A stretch of DNA of 64,000 nt from Tubiluchus corallicola (Eukaryota > Animalia > Priapulida): the NCBI GenBank assembly GCA_030141605.1, contig JAQGDQ010000005.1, positions 434,001-498,000 of the forward strand. The letters are read 5' to 3'. The notes under the pieces were generated by a model that was given only the letters and a program-made list of their open reading frames with translations, searched no databases and was not told where the DNA came from. Each line of letters starts with the position of its first letter. Position 1 is the first letter of the stretch. This document shows positions 15,301-26,835 of the stretch, in pieces. Both the position numbers and the translations under genes were made by a program.

Positions 15301-18300
15301 AGTGTTGAAACTGGTTCTTTGACTGGTGGTCCTTTGTCTGGTGTTCTTTTGACCACTAACCATATAAAATGCTCAAAATGTCAGTACATGTATATACAAG
15401 CACATAGCGAGGCAACTACTACAAAAACAAGAAAAAAACACTAAACAGGTCCCACACAGGAAGGAAATAAATAAGCATGCCCTTTAATTACTTGTATTTT
15501 ATTATTTCTACTGATTACTATGTAATACAAAATCACCCAGTAAAGTAACGAAAGGATAAAATTAATAACGTCTGCCGATCTTCATATAAAGTACTAAGTA
15601 CAGTGATGTGCGAACTGAGAAAGCACGTTAATGTTGAGCAAAGCAAACTAAACGTGACTCATTTATATTGACAAACTGGCTACATAGGCCACGCTTTCAC
15701 TACGATTTTGCAGCATAACAGAATAACACACCTGTCCAGAACGAATGAAGGTAAAAATTACGAAGGAAAAGTGGCACGGTAAAAATAGCACAAGAAAATA
15801 TGGCACACGAAAAATGTCACAAATGGAAAAGTAGAAAAAACTGCACAAGAAAAAATGGCACAGTTTGTAAAACATGTGCTTACGGTTAGGGTTATAGAGG
15901 CGGATAATTATTTTAATTATTTTTACCTCTGCTATGGAAGTTATGCTTCAATACATTTTGTTTATTTGTTTGTCTGTTTGGTTGGTTGTTTTTGTCTGCT
16001 ATGGCAGAAAGCTTATCTAACATAAGCAAAATGGCAAAAATTATCTAACAGATTTCCAAGAAACTTTGCGAAGGAAGACGGGCGGCTATCCTTGTCAAAA
16101 TGGGAATCCTTTCGCCGGTTCTTTTTTCTCAAAACTTGATGAAAAACCACGTACAAAAAACATTCACGAAGCACTTCGTGGAGGTCTCAAGAGGAAGTGT
16201 TTAGTACTTCTTTTTTGTTATCTCCAGCTGCACAAACAACTACGAGTTAGAACCCGTTTCATTCGAGAAATTCTCTCTTATAAAACTGTGTAACGATGTC
16301 TATATAACATTTGCTAATTAATGTGTATAGCTTTATAATGTAACTTGGTGCGTATATGTTTGACATTCTATTACCATTGCCAATACTAATGGTGAAAAGG
16401 TAAATAAACACGATGTGGAACATTTTCGTGCATTATTGATTATAAATTCATTAAATTTTAATGAACACATATTTTGTGCGTCTTTTGCTAGTATACGCGA
16501 TACAGGTACATTTTTGTATATTTGAACGTTTATCTTTGTGTTAATTTTTTTGAATCAAAAGAATCAGACGAATAAATTTAGAAAGTTTGACTTTAACAGA
16601 GATTTGCTTCCTACTGAGCACATTCTAGATTTATTATATATCAATTGCATCAAAATAACATATATGCTATTTTTACCCACTTTTCCATTTGTGCCATTTT
16701 TACCGTGCCATTTTTCCTGTTCCATTTTTAATAAAACTTTACCTACTTTTCCATTTTTCCTGTGCCATCTTTACCGCGCACAGTCCAAAACTTCAAGTTT
16801 CAAAACATTTGTTGCAAAACAAAATTGAGAAAGAAAGTGACGAGAAAGGGAGAAGGAAAGAGCAAAGAAGAAAGAGACAGAGAGAGAACGAAACACAAGC
16901 AAAAAAAGAAAAATGATTTCAATAAATTATTTTTATACTGCCAGTAAAAATACGATGTTTGCATTGCAAAATCATTACAAACATTAGGCCTTCAAACTGC
17001 AATTTCCCTCAAATTATTTTTGTAATCTGATAAAAATAACAACACCTGCATAAAACGTTGACTCATACCCGTTTAGCGGTCGTAAGATTTCCTTTCTGTT
17101 CTCAAATTATTGTCGTCGGCATGAATAAAGAAACTAGTTTGACCTACAGCTAGAAATACATTGAATTGCTTTTTACCACTTCTCTCACAATTCACAATCT
17201 CATTCTCTCACACATTAAAAGAATGGCTAAACAGTGTGCATTTTGTGACACACTGATTCATCGAATACAGACAACTACAAATTAGTATGCGGTTACTAAA
17301 TGGTTATCGGTTACTGCTGGTCTTGCAGACTGCTCGACTATTTTATTTTGCCCATTATAATGTCACGAAAATGTGATAAATGGAAGTTAATTTCAAGCAG
17401 ATCTAATGGCAGCGCATTACGTCAAGTTGCATGGAATCTTTGTGAGTTTAGTGTTCTTTACTGCGGGTTAATGACACGTTCCATTACAATTATTCATTTA
17501 TAATTGATATACATACTGCACCAGGCATGTAGAGAATGATTATCCAGGCAGCCAATGGTTAAAGATTAACAGACTCTATATACAGCGTGCTAATAGGAAA
17601 GGTAAACTTTCACCTTTAGCTTGACTGACAACAAACATGAGAATTTGTTGCTACTATCCATCCAACGACCGACCGCTGGATTAAACTTACCACCTATACA
17701 CTAATGTTGACTTAGATCCCTGCATATTTTACGTTATCCCGTTCATAACAACTTTGTGTTCTGCCTAATGCTAATGATCTTGTTGCCTAACTTGTTTGCA
17801 GGCTTAACTACTACTATGATGCACTGAATTCTGTTTCTTTCGGTACTATTTTTACTTTTTTGGACTAGTTAACATTGCTTAGACGAACAAAAAAGTATAA
17901 AAAGTGCACTCCACGTCGCTCAAAAATAACATCTGTGTTCGCTAGACTTCAACACCTCAATTACAGTTCTTTGGTTTGTCAAGAAAAACATTTGAATTCT
18001 GTAGACCCTGATCTGGAATAGCTTATCGTGTTTTGGGGTTCATTCTTTTAAAAACAGTTGAAATGCCCGTAGACAAAAACTACCAAGTAGACCAACTATG
18101 CCTGTTGAATGTCAACTGAACAGCGTACAACAAATGAAGGAGTCAGTCACAGCGCTCTCGTATGTAAAGAATAACAATGTCAGAGAAGTTACATAACAGC
18201 ATACAGCATGCAGAGGGTAATTAATTGACACGTCTATATAAAATCTTCTTGATTCCCACAGGCCTGTTACTCAGGAAAATATACAACAGAGTCTACCAAA

Positions 18301-21300
18301 GAGTAATTAATTTACAAGTCCAGATTAGGGATTTTCTTGATACCCAAAGACATGTTGCATACAACATTGCCCAGCATCTATACTGTTCCAGAGTGATCTA
18401 ACAATCTATGATCTCGAGTTCAGATATGACGTAATTTAATAAAAAAAACACTATACTGGAGCCAAAATGTAAAGACGAAAAATTCGTTTCCTTATTTATG
18501 AAGACTAAAATAAAAGGTCTTCAAAATCAATAATTACCTAGTACAAAGGGTACTCCAATAAAACAGGACAAAGTCTAGCGTTAAATTAAATTTTATTTTC
18601 CCACGATTAATATGTTTCAGATAAGTTAGTTTTGCTTTTATTGTTATCCAACTGAGCAAGTAAAGTCTAGCACCGTTAAAACATGCAGTGGTACAACATC
18701 AGTCACGCTACAGGCTGCATGTCAAACTGTTTGATAAACTGGCAGACGTCACCTGAAATTATCGTTTTGCTAAAACAGGTTCACACGCTGAGTGGGAGTT
18801 ACGCATTCCACAGATGACCATAAATGTAAACCGCAAGAGAAAAAGCACAAGTTCACGTAGGTTTTAGGCGAAAATAAAACTTACGAAAGAGCTAAAACTA
18901 AAAGTTCAATCTTTAAACAAGTCCTGCTTATTCTAATCTTCTTATTTAATGTGTATTAATTCAGAATATCATAACGTTACTAAAAGTAGCTAGCTACTTT
19001 CCAGAACAACTACAAGAAAAACCAAAATTAACCTCGCGTTTACCAAATATTGTCATTTAAAAATTGCTAAACTTCAATTTGCAATTTATACATCAAAATT
19101 TATGTAATCTTGATGATAAGTGCATCATAACCAACCTAATGACTTAACAAAACCAGGTATAACGGGCAGACAATTAAGCTAATGAAATTACAGCAAAGGA
19201 AACACTTTCTTTCAAGATATTAATGAAACCATTCTACCATAAACTCATTGAAAATGGTGACTTGGTAAAAAATCCTTTACATTTTAATTACTAAGTACTT
19301 AATGAATTGCATTTTTGGAAATTACGGGGCAGACGAGAAAACGGTAGTAATTATCTTGAATTAGAATTAGTGTTTACTACATAACAAGTTTGTGGTGCGA
19401 AGTGCTGTCTATCTGAAGCTTCTACGTCAAACTACATGGGAAAAATATTTTTACAATGGTTCGTCAGTCATCTGATACCAAAGTTGCCAAGTTTTGTTTT
19501 TTGAGCTTCTCTAACAAGATCAAAGTCTAAAGAAATTTATTCAGCTAATAGGTAATAACAGTGTTGCCGTACGAGCTAGCAATTAAAATTTTGCTTATAA
19601 ATTACATTTAATAAGAAAAACTGGCAAACTACCATATAAATATTTCGCAACGCAACTTAAAGCTTACAGTTTTTTTATAGCTGCTTACACATTGTTCCAG
19701 GAATAGATGAAATCATAAGATCAATAAAGAAAATTCAGCCAGCATAAATGTAGAAAGCATCGGTTTTGATCCATTCGCATTCTTTTAAACATTTCTTAAT
19801 TAAACATGTTTAAATTCTTGAGTTAAACCCACTACAGCATAATAACTAACTGCATTTGAAAACTGAACTGCTTGAGTATGGATCCTTTGGTAATCAAAGT
19901 GAATAAATATGTTTAAAAACTTTTCCATTTAGTAAAAGTGAATTGGATATATTGAAGTTAACTGAATTACTTTCTTAAGAAATTTAATATAATCAATATA
20001 TATTACATAATTATCTGAAATTTGAAATGTTGCAGCAAATAAGCAGAAATGTCAGGAAAATGAATTAGCTGCACAAAAGCACAGTAAATCAGCCCCACTG
20101 GTCAATCTTTTTACTCAAAAATGAAAATCACGCTACCATAGCTGCTATACACCAGTTTTTTTGCTACAGCTGCAAACTTTCTGGAAATGGCAATAAAAAT
20201 AAAGACAAGGACCACATAAAAAGATATAAGATCTTTACCAACTTAAAATATATTAACAATGCTAAGAGGACAACTCATCACCTTTGCCGCTTTGTCCAAA
20301 GACCATCAAAGAGAGGTCACTCTCAGAGTCTGTAAGAAGTCTACAAACCAGCGTGCGATAAAGTGCTCTGCTAACTCACTGTTCATGGATTATCCAAGTG
20401 AATTATGTTCAATACCTGTGCTTATTCTATCATATATTAAAAAAACTGCTGGTTTTGTCCTTAAAATTGCGAAAAGCATTTGTTTAGCATGGCTAGGAAA
20501 TCTGGTACCTGGTTAGGTTGTACTAACTATTGTCGATTGTAGAACAAAAATTTGGTTCTCTGGTAACCCATAAAAAGTAGTGACTATAAAAGTGACTTGG
20601 CTACACATATCATTCAAGAAAACTGCTATCTTTGGCACCTCAAGTAAAGTTGCCACCTCGTAATGAAGTGAAATCAGTGGTCAAGAGTCAGCTAGGAGGT
20701 CGGGGGCTGGGAGACGTCTTTCTGTTATTATTGCCAGGGTGTTTATAAAGCAAAACCGGACCCAATGTTAAACTGTAGGCCAATAAAATCTACTCTTTAA
20801 AGTATTGGAAGGAACATATTATTTTTTCAAAAGTGACTTACATGAAAGAATTATGACCACATAAATACAATTTTTGCATTTGCGCCACTAGTTCTTAACT
20901 GTTACATGCACTTCGCAATTTGCTAGTCAGACGGGCACTAGTTTCTGCATTTAGGAAACGCATTATATAAAAAGAGGAGCTGTACTTCTCAATTCAGATG
21001 TGTTAGTTTCTGACGAACTACACACGTTTGACAGCTCATGCTGAGGACAACGGTTAATTTGAAATTTGAATTTTTTCTTAAAACATGCCTAGTTTTAGTA
21101 CAACACACTGAATATAATTAATTAATTAAGATTTTAATCAATTATTTAAGTATCAGAAACGCTTTTCAGTATTAAGTGTGTTAAAATGTATACTTTTTAT
21201 CGGACTTGAAAATGGGGTAGTATATGAAAAATCATCCTGTCTTCCTTTAACTTTAAAATGACCTGAGCTCTGCTAAGCTGCAAAAATATTACAGGAAAAC

Positions 21301-24300
21301 ATTGCATATAAGATTTACTGTGCTTTAAAACCAGTTTATGAAACAGAAATTAGAAGAGATCATTAAGCAAACATAAATGTCAAATCATTTCCAAATGTAT
21401 AAGGTCTTGAATACTTCCGGGAGTTCCCAAATGATTTATTTTGTTGGAACACATGCCCATAAGTAATTGAGATTTTATTCAAGGTCTATGGTATTTTTTA
21501 CTTTCCAATATAATTAAGGACTAAGGATGTTAATTTATGCAAGCCAATCATCATTTTACAAATATTGCAACATGGCTATCATGTACTAAAACACCAGTTT
21601 TAAGGGAGGTAACACATACCATATAGTAAAGTATTCCTTTCGTACAAAACATAAAACAAAACTGCATTGTAAAATACCAACATTTACAACTCAAGTCATA
21701 GATATAATAAGCTGGTAAATGGCTAATAACGTAGTATAACAGCCCTGTTATCAATCGTTTGGAACCTATACATCCTGCTAAAAGCAATTATTTGCAATGG
21801 CACACATGCTAACTTTACTATGCTATAAAACTAGGACAAGCACTGGCGGCAAAACATTTATAGTTTTATATCGGTTTATAACTACATGGTAATCAGTAAC
21901 AATGCATAATGCTTGCGAAGTCAATTTTTTGATTCCAAACACTATTTAAAAAAATATCCACATGAACAGCAAAAAAATGCATATAATATTTAATTAAGAA
22001 ACACGAGCATTTCCTAAATTACTATTAAAGAAAATATTCCCAATTAACTACAATGTCACAAGCAGGCCTATTTCTGAGACTAGTCACTACATCTACTATC
22101 TTAAACCATCAGGTTAAACATCCAAGCTACTGTGCTATTACCAATGTGGTGTCTATAGCACTTTTTGCATTTTACATTTTAGCATCAAATGACCACCATA
22201 ATATGTACATATGTCCATCTAAATATAAGTTTTTGTTACAAATTGTATGTACTACTGATATTGTGTAATTATAACTAATAAACTAATATCTGATTTATCA
22301 TCCAGCTATCAGATAAGACCAGATGCAGATCAGAGCCTTTGAAGCATACAAAATAGACAATACAGGAAAAAACTATACCGAATAACACTAGTAATGAGCT
22401 AATAGCTAAGAAAACCAAATAAACAGTTTAGATTCATAATGTCATTTAGTACTTACTTTTTACTTGTTTCTTGACTAATTTGGTCGGATCTAACCAATGC
22501 TGAAACAAACAAATCAAGTAAAAATTTTGCATCTTATTAAGTCATAAAAACAATAACTGGAAATCACAACATCTATCTATGTTGCAACTAAACTGCAACT
22601 AAAAATAAATCTAAATTATATATTTACACTTATTTGTTACAATTACCTGGTGTTAATTATTACCAGCCACAAAAACGGTTACCTGTACGTGGTTATGGTC
22701 CATAAACTGTAAACCAAAATAGTCTTTCTCTATTAAGTCTAGAGAATAATACACTTGTTCCAACAACTGTTGTCCATGTGCTTTTTTCTGAAATACAATG
22801 AGAAAATTTTCTTTTAATAGCCCAAATAACGACCACTGAAAGTATTGAATGCCTATTTTTACAAAAACATCAATGCTCTAACAAAATTACATTTAGATAA
22901 AACTGCTGAGACTCACTGTTAATTCACAGCAGCCTTGTCTTCTAAAAAGCAAAAAAATAAACTTAAAAAATTTTAACAAAAATATAATATATCTGTTTTA
23001 TTGCAACTATTGAAAAATTTTTCAAACAAAGTACAAAGATATAGTTAACTAATCAGAATACGGGCTGAAAGGTCAATAACACAGTTGTGCATTATGACAA
23101 AACCATTGAGTTTCTTTGTCCTCTTTTGCCTTAGGACAGAGACACTAATAATTCCAGCTCCTCCTCTTTCCTCCTACTTCTAAGTTGACAAGTAACTATA
23201 AGCGACAGAAAAAATGTAGCTACACCATTTTTCCTGAGAAAGTTTCATATACCTTCTACCAATGCAGTAAAAAGTAAGTAAATGATAAAATGTCCTTCAA
23301 CAATTTTGATTAATTGTCAGGATAAGGTGAGCTGGTGGACATACAACTTGTTTTACAAAAACTTAAGACCTAATTTGAATGAAATTAATATAAAACTGCA
23401 AAGATTCTTAGTCTTTCTCTCAGTAAATACATTCTAGAATATTGTTCATAAGTTATGTACTAACAACAAAGATATTTACAACCAACTTGACAAGTAAAAC
23501 AGCAAAGAAATTCAATACTGTTCATGCGCTAAACATATCCTTCCTTACTGCTTATAAGTTGTTTATCGATTGCAAATATATTACATTCTGGGTTTACTGG
23601 GTTTATGCGAGTTTAAGTGGAATCAGAATTGTCCAGTCATCCAATAATCACCTAAACTCCATTATCTAAATTAACTATATTATCTTCAAACGATGTAGCG
23701 CAAATTACAAAATTAACACAATCTGACACCAAGTTGGCTAAGTCGACTTACAACAGACCGTTTGAAAAGCTGCAGCACTGTTTTAATGTAACGACCAAGG
23801 CAAATATAAAATTAATACACATACATAGAATGGAATAAAAACTTAACAAGAAAATGCTTCCTGCAGAAGTCACATTATTTTAGCAGTTAAATTTAGATTT
23901 AATATTAGAGCTGAAATAAATTTATGTTGATTTTATTTTTTTTTAATTTTAGCAAAGTATGCAGAAAGATTTAAAACAGTTAAAATCCATATTGCATCTA
24001 GATGTATACCTTAGCAACATGTATGAGAACACGCTAAACTGAAAGTTACGATTCTAACACAAAAGGAACATACTAAAATTATATTTTGATGTTTTCTCTG
24101 CCTTGCAGCTTTCTATAACTTAATCTGTTATGCATTATGAAATAAGCCCATATCATGTCTTTTGTATAAGCAAATCCTAAACTAACCACAGTGGAAAGTT
24201 GAAGAATGAAGTGAATTAATTTTCTGTTTTCAAACACGAATAATTAAGAAAACATTAATTATGATCCCATATTACACGCATTGCCACAAAGTTCAGCAAA

Positions 24301-24555
24301 ATGAAATTGTCAATGACACCATAAAGGCAACAGCTATGTCAATTTTCACTTTAAATGTGCTACACATAACTTACATGTGATACCACAAATGCAAGACTCA
24401 ACTCTTATCACTGATAATTTTGAATTTTGTGTTAAGGCCTACTTCATACAATCAGACTCCATCCAACAATCCTCTTCTTTCTCTTTCTTTCCTCTCTCCC
24501 TACCCCAGCTCTCTCTATCAAATATTTAAAATTCCATATTGCTAAACACACACAT

Positions 24556-24606
<51 letters not shown>

Positions 24607-26835
24607 CAACACACACACACACACTCCTTCCTCTAGCTCCCTCCCTCCCTCTCTTACTGTATTGAAAGTTTAGAACAGCGTATTGCTAATTTATATTTGT
24701 AATAAATGTTTAGGAGAAATGTAATACTCAAGAAAAATGTCTTTCACAATTCTGATAATTCCAAACAGTGATGTGATCACTACAATTAAACAAGTCTCAA
24801 TGTAAGATAGAGACTGTTGGCTCAGTGATATTATACCAATAATGTCCTTACTGTCCCACATGCTGATAAAAATATGTGTGGTAACAAGGTAACATATACA
24901 CAGACAAAAAGTATAAACATCGTGTGTAACCATAACATTGCTATTATTTACAGCAAGCAGTGCCATAATATACTACCATCCAGCACAGTGACTGCTGTCG
25001 TTAAATTCATTATTAAGGTGATGCTCTCATAGTTAGTTATTATCATTGTCACAGTCATCATCATCATCATTATCACCATCATGATCATCACCATCCGGAC
25101 CATCACTATGACTATCATCTTAGTCATCTGATCACCTTCACCATAATCAATGACTCAATGCAGCCAACTCCATAACATTAGATGATAATAAGTAAGATGA
25201 CAACTGTGATGACAGCAATTATAATTCCTACAGCAATGATAACTATACTAATTATTTTAGTAATTTCAATGAGATAACATCCCACTAAAATGACACAATT
25301 TTATTTTTCAGATATATATTATGTGTCATAATTTGACCAATTTGACTAAATAAGGTATGCCAAGTAAATTGTACCATAGATATTAGATAGTTATTTAGGG
25401 TTGCCAGATGTTGCACTTCTTCAGGTGATTATTGCAATTGCTTTAGCTCCAGTCAGCGCTGGATTTATTTTAATAAATGAAACAGACTGGTGTACAGTGA
25501 ACCGAGCCAATGTTCTTGTCACTGTCTCCAGCTACTTAAATTTTCCTGATTTTTTATTCAACTACTCCTCAATTGTACGTTATGTACAACCCATTTCTAG
25601 ATTATTTGTCTGATCATCCACCAAAGTAGAGATGGCATAAAATAGAAACGCAAGAGAAACAAAATTTATATCACGCACCATTTAAATAATAATAATGACA
25701 ATGATAATAATAATAATTAAATTTATAAAACCAACTATCACACAGTAGTAGTAGTATGGTCTATTTAGAGATTTAAGGATACTGTTAACAAAAACAATAA
25801 ATGGAAAGGTTCCAACAATTCAGATGTCATTTTACAAAATTTCAACCTAAATGTTAATTTTCTGGAAAGTCTGCATTTTCTCATCACTGAAACATGCAGA
25901 ACATACAGAAGATAAATGAAAATGACCTGAAGAGCAGACCCTGCAGAGAATTTAATAAGATGATTCTCCAAATACCCCCACAGTTTATTTTCTGTATGGC
26001 ATCTGGCAATTTCAAAGGCTACAAATAGTATAGCATATGTAGTGTAGAAAATTATAGTTAAAGGGAAACAGCAGATTTTTGGTGAATAATCAACAAGAAA
26101 TATAATGATTATTCAACTCAAAAATAAGAATGGTAATTAAATAATAGAAAAATAAGTGTCAATTCTCTGCTTGTGTAACGCAAGATGGCATATACTTAAC
26201 AGGATGTTATACACATGTGTATTCATCGCATTTTGAAAAAAATACATATTTATCGCATTTTCTATTTTTCTAGGAAGTTCTAGAAGAACAACGAGTATTT
26301 CACACCAATTTTTTTAATTTTATCAATGGATAATCAACACTTCTCAAGAATGAGTTTGCCATACCACTGTTACCAGGCAAGTGAAACTAATTATTTTAGT
26401 GAACCAGTAATTATTGCAGCGAAAATCACACATTTACTATCCAATATCCAACGAACTAACACCTGCTTAATAACATTTGTCAGCAAGTGCAATTAACCAT
26501 TTACTGCCTTTTCTAGAATAGCTAATCATAAATTTAAAAAAAACCACTGCAAGAGTTGCTAAAAAATGCACAAACCAAAGCTCTTAAAATTAGATGTGCA
26601 ACTACGACCCTACACCACAGGCTACAGTAACACTTCTAAGAGTAATGTTTAATTAGACAAAAAGTTGTAATATATTCAGAACACATACCGGTAATTCGAC
26701 AGTTATATCACTGTTGTCTAAAAGAATTACTTTGCAGATTAACAAGCGTTTAGACCTGGCTTTCACGGAGTCTTGGTGGCCGGATACTTTTGTTCGATCG
26801 CGAGACCTGCCCCGCTTACTGAAAAACTTGAACAT
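3043..26835 (-). CDS. EPB41L5: Band 4.1-like protein 5 / Yurt ortholog (FERM + FERM-adjacent domain), whole gene, 16 coding exons, about 750 aa
   Basis: Exons join in consistent phase with GT-AG sites: 26835-26689, 22787-22683, 22499-22457, 14360-14282, 13434-13337, 13113-12993, 12283-12196, 11889-11801, 11396-11229, 10769-10536, 9203-9031, 8281-8060, 7546-7426, 7021-6887, 4020-3861, 3312-3043 (2253 nt). Motifs typical of EPB41L5/L4B/Yurt: [93 protein letters not shown], and C-terminal VIITEI. Confidence 0.95.
3861..4020 (-). CDS. EPB41L5: EPB41L5 exon 15 ([13 protein letters not shown]...AQLSPK)
   Basis: ttttacAG acceptor, AAG|GTATAA donor, phase 2/0. Confidence 0.8.
4135..4565. mobile_element. 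Non-autonomous hAT (Charlie-like) MITE
   Basis: TIRs CAGGGGTCCCCAAA / TTTGAAGACCCCTG; perfect 8-bp TSD GCTTAGGA (4127-4134, 4566-4573). Confidence 0.88.
4868..6446. mobile_element. Degenerate hAT-type element, about 1.6 kb
   Basis: Degenerate TAGGGTTGGGCGAT-like ends with subterminal GATATATCG/CGTATTG motifs; 8-bp TSD ACATTTAA (4860-4867, 6447-6454). Confidence 0.6.
6732..6874. mobile_element. 143-bp hAT-type MITE
   Basis: TIR core GGCTGAGACGGT / ACCGTCTCAGCC, internal AACGGT/AACGTT repeats, TSD GGTTGTAC / GGTTCTAC (7/8). Confidence 0.75.
6887..7021 (-). CDS. EPB41L5: EPB41L5 exon 14 (Ser/Pro-rich)
   Basis: tttttAG acceptor, TC|GTAAGT donor, phase 2/2. Confidence 0.8.
7426..7546 (-). CDS. 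EPB41L5: EPB41L5 exon 13 ([22 protein letters not shown]...)
   Basis: Open frame, phase 1/2, AG|GTAATA donor. Confidence 0.75.
8060..8281 (-). CDS. EPB41L5: EPB41L5 exon 12 (...[30 protein letters not shown])
   Basis: Phase 1/1. The exon could instead start at 8275 (also in frame). [13 protein letters not shown] resembles a motif recalled from protostome Yurt proteins. Confidence 0.85.
9031..9203 (-). CDS. EPB41L5: EPB41L5 exon 11 (Ser/Ala-rich linker)
   Basis: ttttAG acceptor (phase 2), G|GTATTA donor (phase 1), open frame. Confidence 0.8.
10536..10769 (-). CDS. EPB41L5: EPB41L5 exon 10, FERM-adjacent (FA) domain
   Basis: [18 protein letters not shown]...[12 protein letters not shown]; donor AG|GTACTG. 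Confidence 0.93.
11229..11396 (-). CDS. EPB41L5: EPB41L5 exon 9 ([12 protein letters not shown]...[14 protein letters not shown])
   Basis: End of FERM F3 lobe; phases fit. Confidence 0.95.
11801..11889 (-). CDS. EPB41L5: EPB41L5 exon 8 ([30 protein letters not shown])
   Basis: FERM F3 motif LGLTPTG; tttAG acceptor, TG|GTAAC donor. Confidence 0.94.
12196..12283 (-). CDS. EPB41L5: EPB41L5 exon 7 ([29 protein letters not shown])
   Basis: FERM signature YGVDMH; ttacAG acceptor, ATG|GTATG donor. Confidence 0.95.
12993..13113 (-). CDS. EPB41L5: EPB41L5 exon 6 ([40 protein letters not shown])
   Basis: Translated by hand (not in the ORF track); ttcAG acceptor, AA|GTAAGT donor. Confidence 0.93.
13337..13434 (-). 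CDS. EPB41L5: EPB41L5 exon 5 ([32 protein letters not shown])
   Basis: FERM F2 lobe; tgtAG acceptor, T|GTACGT donor. Confidence 0.93.
13999..14066. repeat. (GT)n-type microsatellite
   Basis: Imperfect TG repeats. Confidence 0.9.
14282..14360 (-). CDS. EPB41L5: EPB41L5 exon 4 ([26 protein letters not shown])
   Basis: Phase 1/2 fits both neighbours; strongly conserved peptide. Confidence 0.95.
14421..15361. mobile_element. Non-autonomous TIR element with GACCA/TGGTC subterminal repeats (possibly MULE-like)
   Basis: About 35-bp imperfect inverted ends (GGTCAAAGAACCACTAGACAAAGGACCA vs TGGTCCTTTGTCTGGTGTTCTTTTGACC); no clear TSD. Confidence 0.55.
15743..16782. mobile_element. MULE/Foldback-like non-autonomous element
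   Basis: Inverted subterminal arrays of GG(T/A)AAAA(A)TGGCAC (15750-15865) and GTGCCATTTTT(A/T)CC (16664-16776); 9-bp TSD GTCCAGAAC / GTCCAAAAC (8/9). Confidence 0.72.
15921..16210 (+). mobile_element. Small nested non-autonomous element (HINE- or Crypton-V-like layout)
   Basis: TTTTACCTC...GGAAGTTATG start, (GTTT/GTCT)n microsatellite, GGAGGT subterminal inverted motif and a short hairpin at the 3' end. Confidence 0.4.
22457..22499 (-). CDS. EPB41L5: EPB41L5 exon 3 ([14 protein letters not shown])
   Basis: tttcAG acceptor, A|GTAAGT donor; WLDPTK FERM motif. Confidence 0.93.
22683..22787 (-). CDS. EPB41L5: EPB41L5 exon 2 ([35 protein letters not shown])
   Basis: ttcAG acceptor, CAG|GTAAC donor, phase 0/0; FERM F1 motif. 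Confidence 0.93.
24546..24623. repeat. Compound (GCAC)n(AC)n microsatellite
   Basis: Directly visible. Confidence 0.95.
25038..25150. repeat. Degenerate (ATC)n tract
   Basis: CATCATCATCAT...ATCACCATC. Confidence 0.75.
26689..26835 (-). CDS. EPB41L5: EPB41L5 coding exon 1 (MFKFFSKR...[18 protein letters not shown])
   Basis: ATG at 26835, FERM N-lobe start CKVILLD, donor CCG|GTATGT. Confidence 0.9.

Noticed and set aside
17650-18420. Possible decayed LINE in EPB41L5 intron 3
   Set aside because: Composition is suggestive, but no recognisable translated motif was recovered.
25396-26014. hAT-like element with TAGGGTTGCCAGATG / CATCTGGCAAT ends
   Set aside because: The right end is degenerate and no TSD was found, so support is insufficient.
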